In this document: positions 1 through 12,984 of the stretch, piece after piece
Numbering within the stretch: the first letter of the stretch is position 1
How the letters are laid out: each line of letters opens with the position of its first letter
From: Chiloscyllium plagiosum
Taxonomy: Eukaryota
Direction of reading: 5' to 3'
Length of the DNA stretch: 44,281 bases
Assembly (NCBI RefSeq): GCF_004010195.1
Contig: NC_057718.1
Coordinates: 100,482,965-100,527,245, forward strand
Notes under the pieces: model-generated
What the model was told of the DNA's origin: nothing
Seen by the model: only the letters and a program-made list of their open reading frames with translations
The model's database searches: none
Position numbers and translations under genes: made by a program

Positions 1-2
1 TG

Positions 3-119
3 AAAGCTGGGCAGTTTGCTGCGAACAATGATCTGTTTAAGGTTTGGTGGTTGTTTAAAGGTGAGAAGTGGAGGCGTGGGGAAGGTCTTCACGAGGTGCT
101 CATCCTTGTTGATAATGTG
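3..119 (-). mobile_element. Penelope-like element ORF remnant (RT-endonuclease linker region)
   Basis: Minus strand translates HIINKDEHLVKTFPTPPLLTFKQPPNLKQIIVRSKLPSF, a typical PLE linker motif (FP.PPL..F.QPPNLK..LVRS.L). Confidence 0.75.
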
Positions 120-380
120 TTAATGCATTCTAGACTGACAGAGTGTATGTGCACGTAGTCCTGAATGAGTAAAGGAAGTAGATTAGTCCTTAACACAACT
201 TTAAGATCAGAGCCAGGTATATCTAGGGTTACCATATAGATAGCAAGGTTTAATATTAAAATGTAATAAAGGGTTTATTTTGATCTCTAAGCTTTAAGAT
301 AGTTCTTAATCTTGTTTTCTCCTGGACCAGCTGTCTCAAACATAATGTTTTATCAAATCACACAATTAGCGAGTTTTGAG

Positions 381-535
381 TCATCACCACAGGAAATGAA
401 ATCGCCAACCCAAAGAAACCCAAACATGTAAATAGGAAGCAGGAATTTTCAGCATTGCTTCGCCTGAGGCCCACTGAGGATGTTACCTAGTCTGGAAATG
501 AACTTTCCTGCTCAGCGAGCAAACCTACATCCAAA
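381..535 (+). mobile_element. Penelope-like terminal fragment with an internally deleted hammerhead motif
   Basis: CCA-CTGAGGA-TGTTACC-TAG-TC-TGG at 471-495 parallels the intact motif at 35397-35436, but the 3' half of stem II and GAAAC are missing. Confidence 0.55.
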
Positions 536-546
536 TCACACAATAA

Positions 547-1944
547 ATGATGGTGGCAGTGATGGGATTCACTGCCTGGAGGATTATGGCCGCAGTGATG
601 AGCAAGAAACAGATCTGGATCAGCTGGAAAAGAATTCCAAAAGCCATTTATTCCTGAGACCATTGCTACAGCTTTAAGAATGCTAAGCAACCAGAATAGC
701 CATCACCAGGACACTATAAGTCTCAAAAAGCATTTTCAGGTCAGTAATAAGAGAAACAAGCCATTATAAAGCAAAGAGAGCAGCAAAAGCCCATTGCAGC
801 GAAGGGGAGAATTCTGATGAGCACTCTCAAAAAGAGGATAATTACAGACAGCCAAGACAGATTTGATCCCTTCTGGGAAAGGACAAAACATCTTTTGGTT
901 CCACCTGAAACCTTAGGCCGAAGACCATGCTGGAACTTCTAACTATGAGTTAAGAAATTTATGGATTATTTACTTGACAGCAACAGCGATTTAAGGTAGT
1001 TCTTCAGGTACAGGCTTAGAGAAAATCAATTGGAAAAGAAAATTTGGGAATAAGAACCATATTGCAACTTGAAAGATCAGAGCTCTGACAGTAAAGCTAG
1101 TGAAATCTTTATTTTGATGGTTTAAACGTCAAATTCAAAGTTCCATTCAACAACTGAGGAGTTTTATTGATTTCATTCATTAAAATACAAATGGTTGAAT
1201 GAAGAAAAAGGAGAATCTGATCACATGGTGTCAAATTTGGTGAAAATACCTTGGACACAGAAACAAATTGGCTCAATCATGATAGACATCTTTGATATGG
1301 TCAAAAAGGATCATCTTAACTCATTGACTGAGGCCATTTTGAGAGAGATTCTACCCATGGAATCTTGGGACATCATTCGGCCATCTTGGAAATGGAATAT
1401 CTTCATTCATCGCCATATTTGTGAAGGAAAACCAAACTTTCCATTGAAAGCCACACTTAAAACAGCTAAATAATGTAAACAACGTTCAGTTTTACAACAA
1501 AGACTCAGTAACAACTCTAACCAACTCAGAATGAATGCCACAAAACAGCACCTTATCCTGTCAACATTTCCACTGAAATTATCGACAGTGGGAGTCTGGC
1601 CTCTGTAATGCCTGATACAAGTTTGGGATTGATTATGGAGGGACTGTGGAGGGACTCCAGGCTCCCGCCCAACCACCAAAACAGTTCCTCCATATGGTGA
1701 TCCTGGAAAACCACTTTCATTAAGTCCAGGCTGCGTGCCAATGCTAATGTTTATCCGTTTGGATGGGATGTGCTGCCTTCCAGCACCAGATACAATCTTC
1801 TTGGTGCAAGCCCAGAGAGTGTGTGCTGTCTTTCCAATGTTAGATGGAGTGACGATAAGATGGAAAGTCTGCTTTCAGGTGGTTCCAGTTGGCCCCCATC
1901 ACCCAGTCAAATCATGGACTTGGTATTTTTTTTTAAATAACTGA
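547..1944 (+). pseudogene. Decayed coding-like segment, possibly a retroelement/endogenous-viral envelope remnant
   Basis: Frameshifted + strand peptides: hydrophobic VAVMGFTAWRIMAAVMS, heptad-like TDLDQLEKN / TIATALRMLSNQ / RQIQSSIQQLRSF, then LTEAILREILP, TFPLKLSTVGVW and a Cys-rich part. No firm family recognition. Confidence 0.3.
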
Positions 1945-2002
1945 TTGTTCTGCTTTTGCTCTTTCTCAGATGTGCATTGGTTTCATGCCATGTACAGTAT
2001 GT

Positions 2003-2155
2003 CAGTGCTGGCTCAGTGGGTAGTATTCTCACCTCTGAGTTACAAGGTCAGAGTAAGAATCTAACACAAAAATCAAGACTGACACACCAGTGCAGTAGTG
2101 AGGGAGTGCTGTACAATCGGAGGTGTCCTCTTTCAGACATGCTAAACTGAGGCCC
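2003..2155 (+). mobile_element. DeuSINE-type (SacSINE1-like) SINE fragment
   Basis: tRNA-like head GGCTCAGTGGGTAG plus Deu-domain-like core ctgacacaccagtgcagtagtgagggagtgctg...ggaggtg...aaactgaggccc. Confidence 0.65.
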
Positions 2156-2473
2156 AGTACAGTACTCGGAGTGTCTCTATGACTCTAAGTCCAGATACCA
2201 TGCCCATCAGTGTCTTTCTGATGGAGAAGTGTCCACACTCAGGAAAGATTTACATTTATATCGCGCTTTTCATGATCTCTCGATCACTCTAATCATTTTA
2301 CAGGCAACAAGGCACTTTTGGAAGTGTACCTGCTGTTGTAATATAGGAATCATAGCAGCCAGTTTTGCACACAACAAGGTCCCACAACAGACAATGTAAT
2401 AATGACCACACACCCAGAGTTTAGTGATGGGATAAGCATTATCCAGAGCAGCGTGAATAGCTCTTAGTAATAG

Positions 2474-2625
2474 AGTCATAAAGATGTACAGCATGGAAAC
2501 AGACCCTTCAGTCCAACTTGTCCATGCAACCAAATATCATAAATTAATCCAGTCCCATTTGCCAGCACTTGGCCCACATCCCTCTAAACTCTTCCAATTC
2601 ATATACTCATCCAGATGCCTTTTAA
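2474..2625 (-). mobile_element. CR1-type LINE 3' tail fragment
   Basis: Close match to the tail of the CR1 copy at 19225-19672. Confidence 0.8.
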
Positions 2626-3704
2626 TCATTTCCCCATCAATCACTGAAGTACATTGGCTCCTGGTTCAACAACACCTGCCTTTGATATTTTTGCACCCTG
2701 TGTATACAAATCCCTCTCTGGCCTTACCCCTCCAAACTGTTCCATCCCTTCATCAGTCAGCTGTTTCAAGTTTCTTCACTCTACATGTTCAGCACACTGC
2801 AGGGAACAGAGAATGATTCACTCCCATCTACTGCTGTACAGCTCGTGTGTGTCTCAGTGTCTGACTGACGCAATCTTTAACATCCAACTGATGCACATGA
2901 GACAATGCAACACTCCTTCAGTAGTGCACTGGAGTACTCCCAGTAACTAGGCTCAAGTCAGGATCTTACCATTTGAGGACTAACAGCTGCCAATATGAAT
3001 ATTACTAATCCATGAGGCAGGATATTGGCAAAGGACTTAACACCACTCACTGTTATTTAGACATGCCTTTGCTCATTTAACTCTCAGAACTTTGGTCATT
3101 TGTTAGAGGTGTGAGCCAATAATGGCATGGTGAGGTTAATAAAGGTCCTTGGTTCAAGTCCAGAGCAATACAAACCGTTATGTGGCTCTTCAAACAATTG
3201 TAGGATTGGAAAATTAAATGGGCCAAGTTGAGGAAGAAGTATAATTTTGAACTGGGATGTAAATTGAATGACCGAACAGGTACAGGAAGAGAAATGAAAA
3301 GGAAAGAAAGCTAGGATTACGTGCAAGTGAAAAAAGGGAGGAAGAAAACTTTGTTTTTTAAAAAAACTTTATTTTAAAACTCTCCAACAACCATTAAAAC
3401 CTGTATAAAAAAAACCCCATGCTTGTTAGTTTCCTGTACCCAGTGGGGTTTTAACTAGCAGCAACTCTCACTGAACATATTGCTAAAGAGGTACTCCGAA
3501 TTGAAATGATTGGACTCAATATTGTGAGGTGGATTTAATTTGTATTAGCCATGCAAATATGGCAACGCTACACCTTTCTCAAGGTACTTCTTGTAACAGT
3601 AACTTCTGTTCTAATTCAGTGTTAAGATCAACCAAGATCTTGTTGAATAGTGGACTTGTCTTGAGATGCTGAATAGACTTTTCCTGTTGCTATTGCTTCT
3701 GATC

Positions 3705-4017
3705 CTAGAATCCCTCTAGTGTGGAAGTAGGCCATTTGGCCCATTGAGTCCACACCAACCCTTCAAAGCACATCCCACCCAGACCTGTAACCCTGCTTTT
3801 CCCATGGCTAACCCACCTAACCTGCACGTCCGACACTATAGTCAATTTGGAACGGCCATTCCATCTAACTTGCAGGCCCTTAGACTGTGGGAGGAAACCC
3901 ACACAGACACGGGGAGAATGTGCAAAACTCCACGCAGACAGTCACCCGAGACTGGGATCGAACCCAGGTTCCTGGCGCTGTGAAGCAGCAGTGCTAACCA
4001 CTGAGCCACCGTGCCAC
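3705..4017 (-). mobile_element. HE1-type tRNA-derived SINE
   Basis: Reverse complement begins GGCACGGTGGCTCAGTGGTTAGCACTGCTGC...GGTTCGATCCC (A/B boxes) and ends in a CR1-like tail. Confidence 0.9.
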
Positions 4018-4096
4018 TCCATGCAGAGTCTGTTTTAGCCTGAGCTGTGAATGTGCGCACTTGCCATTTACCCGTGCCCGGTTTTGAACCATCCAG

Positions 4097-4358
4097 GTCA
4101 CGATTGAGGTGGTTGATGGGACTGAAATCGAGGCCGAGAGAGACCTACGGCGGGTAACGAAGCCAAGCTGGCCTGTGCCGTCGTCCGACTGGAGGAACTG
4201 GTGGCAGAAATCATCGGCAAACACCGCTGGGAGCAACGGAGACCACCAGGAGAGCAGCCGGGCTGGTGAAAACAGCAATTTCCTGAACCCAGCAGAGAGC
4301 TGGGATAGCAGCACTGTGACTCAGCGCAGGTGGCAGTCCAAAGGACCGACTGAGTATG
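4097..4358 (+). CDS. ISM1: Isthmin-1 internal coding exon (equivalent to human exon 3; 262 nt, phase 0 to 1)
   Basis: Acceptor ...atccAG|GTC and donor TAT G|GTacgt. Translates VTIEVVDGTEIEAERDLRRVTKPSWPVPSSDWRNWWQKS...SNFLNP...W...PTEY, matching the ISM1 motif VTIEVVDG...KPSW.VPS.DWR.WWQ.S as I recall it. Confidence 0.95.
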
Positions 4359-4882
4359 GTACGTCAACATTCCTCATCTTTGTTCTGGGTGTTCCATGAA
4401 GCTGGGAACTGGGAGGGAGAGCTGTTGGGAATAAGCCAAGTAAAATAAAATAGGTAAACACTGCAGTGGGAAACACTCTGTGGGCAATGATTGCTACTAA
4501 GCAAGTTGTGCAGCAGAGTCATCTGTGTCGGTGGGGCCCAAACCCTGATGTTGTTTATCATCTCGAAGTCTGAGCGGGAAATTTTGAGTTTTCAGCAAAC
4601 CAAACCCACCACCCACAAACTTTCCCTTCCTCACCCACCCCCCACCACCCCACCATCGACCTCCGTATCCCCCTCCCCCTTTTGGTTCTCTACAGGAGCA
4701 ATAATGCGTTTTTAATTTCTTGTTGACGTGCTGCCTGTCTGGTGGTGGGGAGAGGGCAGAGGAAAAAAGGCTGTAAGCTGCATAATCAGGATTAATGGCT
4801 GAAGCATTCCAGCTGTCCTTGGCTGGAGAGAACAGAATCAAAAAATGTGCAAGCAATCCTTTGTGCAGCTCAATGTGTGTGA

Positions 4883-5149
<267 letters not shown>

Positions 5150-6096
5150 TAAACTGCGATTCTTGTCTGCTGCTGAAACGCTTATTAATTTCTCAATCGC
5201 GTTCTTCAATGGACGTTCAAATCCGAGGGCGGTTTGAGTCGAGAATATGCCCGCTTTTGAAAATGGTCCACGTACAAACAGACCGATTCGCGCAAATGAA
5301 TTTCTGGTCGCGAGAAAGACAACAGCTTGCATTTACGTGGCACTTTTCCACGGTAGAGTTGCCATAATCCGAGAGGGCTGCACTATCATTACAGAGAGGG
5401 AGAGAGAGAGAGACACGCCTGGTGGTGGTTTAGATACTTTAGCTCTTATGACACACCTCTAGGGAAGGTGGGACTTGAACCCAGACCTCCTGGTTCGGAC
5501 GTGAGGACACTACAACAGCACCCCCTTAGGCCAGGGGAGAGGTTGAGAGCGACAGTTGTTGACGGTAACCTCGATCAGTAAGGGACTTGGAACCCACACT
5601 GTTGGTGTCACTCTCCATGAGAAACCAACCATCCAGCCAACTGAGCTACCTGTACCTTACAAAGGTTTGAAAAGACTCTGCTCCCGCTGCCTTTTGAGAG
5701 TGTTCTCAACTCTCCTAACCCTCTGTGAGAAGAAATGTCTCCTTAGCTCGGTTTTGAGTGGGCAACCCTTTATTTATCAACAAGGTTCCTGAATTCTAAA
5801 ATAACCCTCAAAACACATCCTTTTTTTAAATTCATACGTGGGATATGGATGTCGTTGGCTGGGCCTGTATTTATTGCCCATCCCCAATTCCCTTTGAGAA
5901 GTTAGTAGTGAGCTTCCTTCCTGAGCTGCCACAATCCTTGGGCTGTAGGGACACCCATGATGCTGTGAGAAAGGGTATTGCAGGATTTTGACCCAGCAAC
6001 ATTGGAGATATAGTGGTTTAACTCCAAGGTGGATGACTTGTGCAGTGATAGAGTCATTTAGCACAGAAACAGATCCTTTGGCCCAACGCAACTGCC

Positions 6097-6375
6097 ATGG
6101 TGGCTCAGTGGTTAGCACTGCTGCCTCACAGCACCAGAGTCCCAGGTTCGATTCCAGCCTTGGGCGACTGTCTGTGTGGAGTTTGCACATTCTCCCCGTG
6201 TCTGCGTGGGTTTCCTCTGGTTTCCTCCCACAGTCCAAAGATGTGCAGGTCAGGTGAATTGGCCATGCAAAATTGCCCATAGTGTTAGGGAAATGGGTCT
6301 GGGTGGGTTAGTCTTCAGAGGGTCAGTGTGGACTTGTTGGGCTGAAGGGCCTGTTTCCACACTGTAAGGAATCTA
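6097..6375 (+). mobile_element. HE1-type SINE inserted in a CR1 tail (CR1 about 6050-6632, minus strand)
   Basis: A box TGGCTCAGTGG and B box GGTTCGATTCC. The CR1 tail ...ggcccaac resumes at catccatgctgacc after the SINE. Confidence 0.88.
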
Positions 6376-6633
6376 GTCTACATCCATGCTGACCAGGTTA
6401 CCTGAACTGAACTAGTACTATTTGCCTGTGATTGGCCCATATCCCTCTAAACCTTTCCTATGTAAAAGTACCCCTCCACATGCCTTTTAAATGTTGTACC
6501 AGCCTCTACTACTTCCTCTGGCAGCTCATTCCATATAAGTTTTGGATTCCCCCACCCCAGGGCAAAGACCTTGTCTATTCACCCTATCCATCCCTGTCAT
6601 GATTTTATAAACCTTTACAAGGTCACCCCTCAG

Positions 6634-6818
6634 ATTTGGCCAATTCACCTGACCTGCACATTTTTGGACTATGGGCGGAAACTGGAGCACCCGGAGGAAA
6701 CCCACACAGACACGGGGAGAATGTGCAAACTCCACACAGACAGTTGCCCGACACTGGAATCAAACCGTGGTCCCTGGCAGTGCTAACCACTGCTGCCTCA
6801 TAGTGCCATGGTGCCACT
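6634..6818 (-). mobile_element. HE1-type SINE 5' part
   Basis: Reverse-complement match to 6097-6280. Confidence 0.85.
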
Positions 6819-7386
6819 CATGGTGAGTACAGGAAAATTCTACTTCCAACAAAAAGCAATTAAGTTCAGTGTTTTACAACTCGCTTTGCACCTTCTGGGA
6901 GACAAACATCTAGCCGTTTAGAGGAGCATCCAGAACTGGAGCACTCCATTTCAGAATAAAGGGTTAACCATTGGCGATGGGAGTGAGGAGGACTTCCTTC
7001 TCTGAGGGTAAAGACTCTTTGGAACTTCCAGAGAGTTTGAAGATATTCAAGACTGATGCTGTTTTGTTCAGCGCTAGGGGAGTTGACCCCTATGAGCGAG
7101 TGGGAAGGAATATGGAACTGAAGACACAATCTCACGGACTGGCAGAACCAGACTGAGGAATGGCCCGCTCCTGCTTTAGTTTCTTATGTTCTTAAAATTC
7201 ACTTGATTGATCAAACTTTTGACCATCTGTTCTGGTAACTCCTTACCTGTCTCAATATCCAACTTTGTTTGATAGTGCGCCTTCAGTATAGTGCTAGATA
7301 AATGGAAGTTGTTGTTGTCATTTAGGAAACCCTGGCTCTGAATCAGAGCATTTATCTTTTTGACCCATGACTATAGAGCCTTACAG

Positions 7387-7620
7387 GGAACCGGTTTAGC
7401 TCAGTTGGTTGGATTGCTGTTTTACAGAGCAGGTTGATGCCAATAGCGTGGGTTCAATTCCCATTACTGGTTTGAGGGTTACCATGAAGGACTCTCCTTC
7501 TCAACCTCTCCCCTTGCCTGAGGTCTGGTGGCCCTCAGGTTAGATCACCACCAGTCGCTTCTCTTTCTGATGAGAGAGTACCCCTATGGTTTGGTAAGAC
7601 TATGGCAACACAACAACAAC
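7387..7620 (+). mobile_element. Full-length tRNA-derived SINE with (CAA)n tail and 14-bp TSD
   Basis: A box TAGCTCAGTTGG and B box GGTTCAATTCC. TSD ATAGAGCCTTA(C/T)AG at 7373-7386 and 7621-7634. A related antisense fragment lies at about 5400-5650. Confidence 0.8.
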
Positions 7621-9074
7621 ATAGAGCCTTATAGTACCCTGAGGTGTACACTTCAGGTTATACTTCAGGAGTAACCCATGGGTACAGGATTAGAGGGAAG
7701 AAAATGGTGCTACGTAAATGGCATACCATAATATTGTGTATGCTTTGTCAAGATAGAAATGTTTGATCTCAAAGTGATCAATGTTACAATGAACAAGAGG
7801 GAGGTGAACTGGGTCATTGTAAATCACTTAATCTCCCATCACTTGTGGACAACTTCTTAGGGTCATTTGGCATCAGTTTCAGATCAGATTTCCAAGTGCC
7901 CAGAGACATGTGGCTAATGAAGGACTTCTTGAAGTATGTGTTTAAATTAATGAGGTTTTTGGAGATTGACTCTGTGATGTAGGAATCTCAGGGTTAGGGC
8001 ATTCAACCCTTTCAGCTATCTCTGCCATTCAATGTCATCAGGGTTTTGTTTGATTAGGTTATAAGGGAATGAAATATAAGAGATTGATGATTGAGGAATT
8101 TCAGATGGTATCAATGATGTGGCTCATGAAAGTTTGAATTGAAATAATATTGGTATATGATACAAGAGGAGGGCCTCTTGTGATAAGTGGTAATGTTCCT
8201 ACCTCTGGTCTAGGAGGCCAGGGTTCAAGTGCCATCTGTTCCAGAGGTGTGTTATAACAGGTTGATTAACACAATCTACAATACAAGAGGAAACATGATT
8301 TGAAGGTATGGCTGATGGAAAGTGAAGGTCAGGTAAAGGGTCTGAAGTGAAATACTTCAAGGACCAGATCTCCATTCGCTTGCCCTTCCCTCATAATGAT
8401 GTAGATGACTGGAGGGAGCACAGCTAATGGACTCAAACATCACAGAGATTTGCGAAATAGAGAAGCAGGTGGACAGGAATCATGCAGCCTGAGAGGTAAA
8501 TAATGAAGATAAAAGATGGAGAGACCTGGAGTTCAAATTCAGAGAAACCTCCCAGCTGACATAAATAGACAAACCCACAAAAAGTCACATTTTAGATTCC
8601 TTAACGGAGAAGAAATTGGAAATTGGTTAGTGATTTTTATTCTTATTGCAAGGAGGGCTTGTGGCACAATCAGGTCTTAAGTCGCACTCCAGGGCTTGAG
8701 GGTCAAGAAATGGTGTGTTCATAATGTGGCCAAACAGGCTGAAGGTTAATCTGCAAATCCCTCTAACAATGGCAGGCAGTCAGAGAGGTAGAGAAAAACT
8801 CCAGTCTGTAACACACATGTGCAAATCCATATTAACTCTGTAACACAGACTCCCCAACTGACTTATAATGCATCACTCTCACTATTATCGCTGAGCAAGT
8901 AAATGAATCTGTTTTTTTCTTGAAAGCAGTAAGAAAATAGTCTTCAAGACTCGGGATTTTCCAGTATGCAGTGCACAATTAGCAGGAATAATTTGTTTTT
9001 ATAATACAATTTAAAGATAGGAAACCATCCCAGTGCACTTTATAGGAGCATTAGCAAGCAAAGTGTTTGGCTAA

Positions 9075-9385
9075 TCCACTCGTTTCCACTAAGGAGGAGG
9101 GACTAAGACCAGAGACCATAGCCTCAGAGTGAAGGAACGACCCACTAAGATTGAGATGAGGAGGAATTTCTTCACCAGAGAGTGTGGGATCTGTGGAACT
9201 CATTGCTGCAGAGGGTTCTGGGAGTCAGGTCAGATGGATAGGTTTTTAATTGGTGAGAGAATCAAAGGCTACAGGGAGAAGACAGGAGAATGAGAAAAAT
9301 ATCAGCCATGATCGAATGGCAGAGCAGACTCGATGGGCCGAATGGCCTAATTCAGCTGATGTATCTTGAAGTCTTATGGTCTAAG
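9075..9385 (+). mobile_element. CR1 LINE 3' end fragment
   Basis: Reads like TRDHSLRV...EMRRNFF...WNSL, followed by a 3' UTR similar to the copy at 42851-43150. Confidence 0.75.
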
Positions 9386-9807
9386 GTGTTAAAGGGATAT
9401 TTTGGGCAAAACCTGAGGTAGATTTTAAGGAATGTCTCAAAGGAGCTGTGCTCTTCCAGCACCACTAATCCAGAATCTGGTTTCCAGCATCTGCAGTCAT
9501 TTTTTTACCTCAAAGGAGGAGAGGTTTCGGGAGAGAATTTCACAGGTTAGGATTCAGTCGGCTGGAGCAGGCCTGTGACTGGTGGTACAATTAAAATTGA
9601 GGATTCGTGTCAAGCCAAAACTGTGGGTGTGCAGATATCTGAGAAGGATGTAGGCCTGGCTGAGGTTGCAGAGATAAGGAGGGACTTGCTAATTGGACAT
9701 TTTACCCATAGTGCTTCTCCATGCAGAGAAAGAGCTATCATTAGATGAATGTATAGCTTGCTTGTTACCATGGGAACCTTGTTATACTCACGAATGCCTG
9801 TTAAATC

Positions 9808-10132
9808 ATAGGATCCCTAGAATGTGGAAATAGGCCATTTGGCCCAACAAGTCCATACCGACCCTCCAAAGAGTAACCCACCCAGACCCATTCCCCCTAC
9901 CCTATTATCTCACATTTACCCCGACTAATGCCCATAACCTACACATCCCTGGACACTGTGCGTAATTTAGCACGGTCAATGCACCCTAACCTCCGCACCT
10001 TTGGACTGAGGGAGGAAACGGGAGCACCCGGAGGAAACCCACGCAGACACAAGGAGAACATGCAGCCTTCACACCGGCAGTCGCCTGAGCCTGTGGGCTA
10101 GCTGTGCTAACCACTGAGTCACCCTGCTGCCA
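9808..10132 (-). mobile_element. HE1-type SINE
   Basis: Homologous to 3705-4017. Confidence 0.85.
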
Positions 10133-10439
10133 TTAACCTAGCAGCTTCCATGCCTTCTTCACTCTAAAGCAGTCTAAGGCGGCAGGGTGACTTGAAGATT
10201 GCAGGGAATGGCTGGGAGGAAGCTAAATGTACGGATGACAGCAATGTGAGACTCAAGCAAGATGGGAGGAGAGAGAGAGACAATGTCACACACTTCTGGG
10301 TTCAGCTGCCATTAGCATTCTCAAGCAACAAGGTGGGAGTACTGCCATGTGGTCTGGTGAAGATCTCAAAAAGATTCATTGACCATTGGAAACATTTTCT
10401 CAGGATCTACCCAATTGGTCTCAGAGTCTTGTAGGTTTT

Positions 10440-10746
10440 GATTAGATTAGTTTCCCTACAATTGGGAAACAGGCCCTTCGGCCCAACAAGTCCACAACGA
10501 CCCTCTGAAGAGCAACCCACCGAGACCCATTCCCCTACTCCCTGCTAATGCACCTATCACTATGGGCAATTTAGCATGGCCAATTCACCTGGCCTGCACA
10601 TCTTTGGATTCTGGGAGGGAGGAAACCCACGCAGACACAGGGAGAATATGCAAAAACCACACAGACAATCACCCGAGGTGGAAATCGAACCGAGGTCCCT
10701 AGTGCTGTGAGGCAGCAATGCTGACTACTGAGCCACCATGCCACCC
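10440..10746 (-). mobile_element. HE1-type SINE with (ATTAG)n-type tail
   Basis: Homologous to the other copies; gattagattag tail. Confidence 0.87.
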
Positions 10747-11397
10747 CTTTTAATGAGTTTTAGTGAGGTTACCTCACATTCTTCTAAACTGTGAAGAAAA
10801 TAGGCCTCATTTACTCAACTGCTCATCATCTGATAAACTCCTCATTGCAGGGACCAGATTTGGGAACCTTCACTATACCATCTCTGATACAAGTATATTT
10901 CCTTTAAATTATAACATAAAGAATTCATGTTAATATGTGTATCATCATGGGATGTGATTTAAGATCACTTAACTACTGTGAGATTGTTCTCTCTACAAGC
11001 TTTGTTTGAAGACTTGTCCAGTTCATAGTTGGTTATTATCTGTTAATAAAAGATTATGTTTGCCAATGGTAACCAAATCTGTCCCACTTTGGGACACAAC
11101 AACATTAGAACAGAATGTAATCAAATCCTACTGTCTGCTTCTCCACTCAAACCTCACCTTTTCACCAATTATGAGTTAATTCTCATCCGTGGTTTTAACG
11201 AAAAGTATTGGAAGAACATCAGTTACCTCCCAGAGGGGAAAGTGCATTGGCACATTGTGTCTGTTATACTGCACTCTGCTGAATTTGCAGGTTTCCATGG
11301 AATGTACCTTCTGCCAAGCTTTGGGTCTTTACTGTAGCAAATGAATATGGAAACCAGAACTCAATGGCTCGTTGATCTAGGGGTATGATTTTCACTT

Positions 11398-11706
11398 GGG
11401 GCGGCACGGTGGCTCAGTGGTTAGCGTTGCTGCCTCACCGCGCCAGGGACCCAGTTTCGATTCCACCCATGGGCAACTGTCTGTGTGGATTGTATGTTCT
11501 CTCCGTATCTGCGTGGGTTTCCTCCTACAGTCCGAAGATGTGCAAGTTAGGTGCTAAATTGCCCTGGAGTATCCAGGGATGTAGAGGCTGGGTAGATTAG
11601 CCTAGGGGAAATGCAGGGTTATAGGGTGGGTCTGGGTAGGATGCTGTTTCAATGCTTGGTGTGGACCCAATGGGCTGAATGGCCTGCCTCCACACTGTAG
11701 GGATTC
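11398..11706 (+). mobile_element. HE1-type SINE
   Basis: GGGCGGCACGGTGGCTCAGTGGTTAGC...CACACTGTAGGGATTC. Confidence 0.88.
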
Positions 11707-12540
11707 TTTAATTGATTCTGTGAAATGCACACACAATTGAAGATGTAATCTCACCAAGACTGTGTATGATTATCGCAACACTTCTTCATACCTGGATTTC
11801 AATCCCTTCACAATAAAGGTCTGTCTGAGAGGCTGACTCAGTAGGAGCAAGCTTTAATTAGAGTCAGCTCCACACATGCTCAATACCAATGCCAAATAAA
11901 ATATTGCCTCCAGTGGCCAGAGCTATCTCTTATAACGCTTTAATTTCCCAAACCCCCTCATACGAACAAAGTTGTCAGGACACATTACAGAGCGAGTCCA
12001 TTGAATTCTGATCCTCTCTCACAGTGTGACAGAAATGTTCATTGTTTCTCCAAAGCATCTTCTACTCCCAATCCGTCTGGGAGGGCGGCTTGCTGACATT
12101 GAGCGTCTGCCCTCAGGGATAAGGTGAAGCGTAGTTGAGGTGCATCGTATGCCAACAAGGTAAAATGAAACCACATGTCCACAATTAGTCTGTGGACTTG
12201 CATAACCTGACAAATTATTTCCTTACTCTTTCCAGTCTGGAATCCACTGGTTCCTCATTCCTCAGTCCCTGTCAGTCACCACCAACCACTCTGCCCCTCA
12301 GTGCAGGCTGACCCTTCATTTTGGGAAAGCCACAATTATCCAAATCAGTGTCATGGATGGGGGCTATTCTTCCCTCTGTCTCTGGTCACGTTTAGTTGCA
12401 GGACAAGATTTCAGTCTGCCTGGTAGTTATTAAAGGCAGTCACTTCCAACATGCCATGTTTTTTTCCCTGGGGTCGGGGAGTCCAGAACTAGAGGGCATA
12501 GGTTTAGGGTGAGAGGGGAAAGATATAAAAGAGACTATCT

Positions 12541-12978
12541 GTTTGGAGTTTGCACATTCTCCCCGTGTCTGTGTGGGTGTTAAGGGGCATACCGTGATTA
12601 GTTAGAAGTGATGAAGATTTTGGAATGTTACTCATATCCTCTGTAGTGAAGACTGATATAAAATACCTAGCCAATTCCCTATTTCCCATTATCAATTCTC
12701 TTGTCTCATTTTCTATAGAACCAATATTCATCTTGTTAATGGTTTTCTTCGTAAAAAGAAGAAGCTCTTACCATTTTGTCTTTCTGGCTAGCTGTCCCTC
12801 TAATTTTCCTTCTTTTTTTGTCATCCTTTGCTGTTTTATATAATTTTCTTAAACTGCTACCTGTCTTTGCACAATTTTTTTTTTCTGTTAGTTTGATAAA
12901 ATCTTCATCACTTCTAACTAATCACGGTATGCCCCTTAAAACCCACACAGACACGGGGAGAATGTGCAAACTCCACAC
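12541..12978. repeat. About 80-bp inverted repeat (12541-12620 / 12898-12978) around a decayed LINE fragment
   Basis: ...tggagtttgcacattctccccgtgtctgtgtgggtgttaaggggcataccgtgattagttagaagtgatgaagatttt is a near-perfect reverse complement of aaaatcttcatcacttctaactaatcacggtatgccccttaaaacccacacagacacggggagaatgtgcaaactcca. Confidence 0.92.
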
Positions 12979-12984
12979 ACACAG

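Noticed and set aside
814..835. CTGATGAG as a hammerhead core
   Set aside because: No properly placed stem II plus GAAA, and no family homology.
11398..11470. tRNA gene-like A/B boxes
   Set aside because: This is the head of a multi-copy SINE with no complete cloverleaf; the same holds for the other copies.
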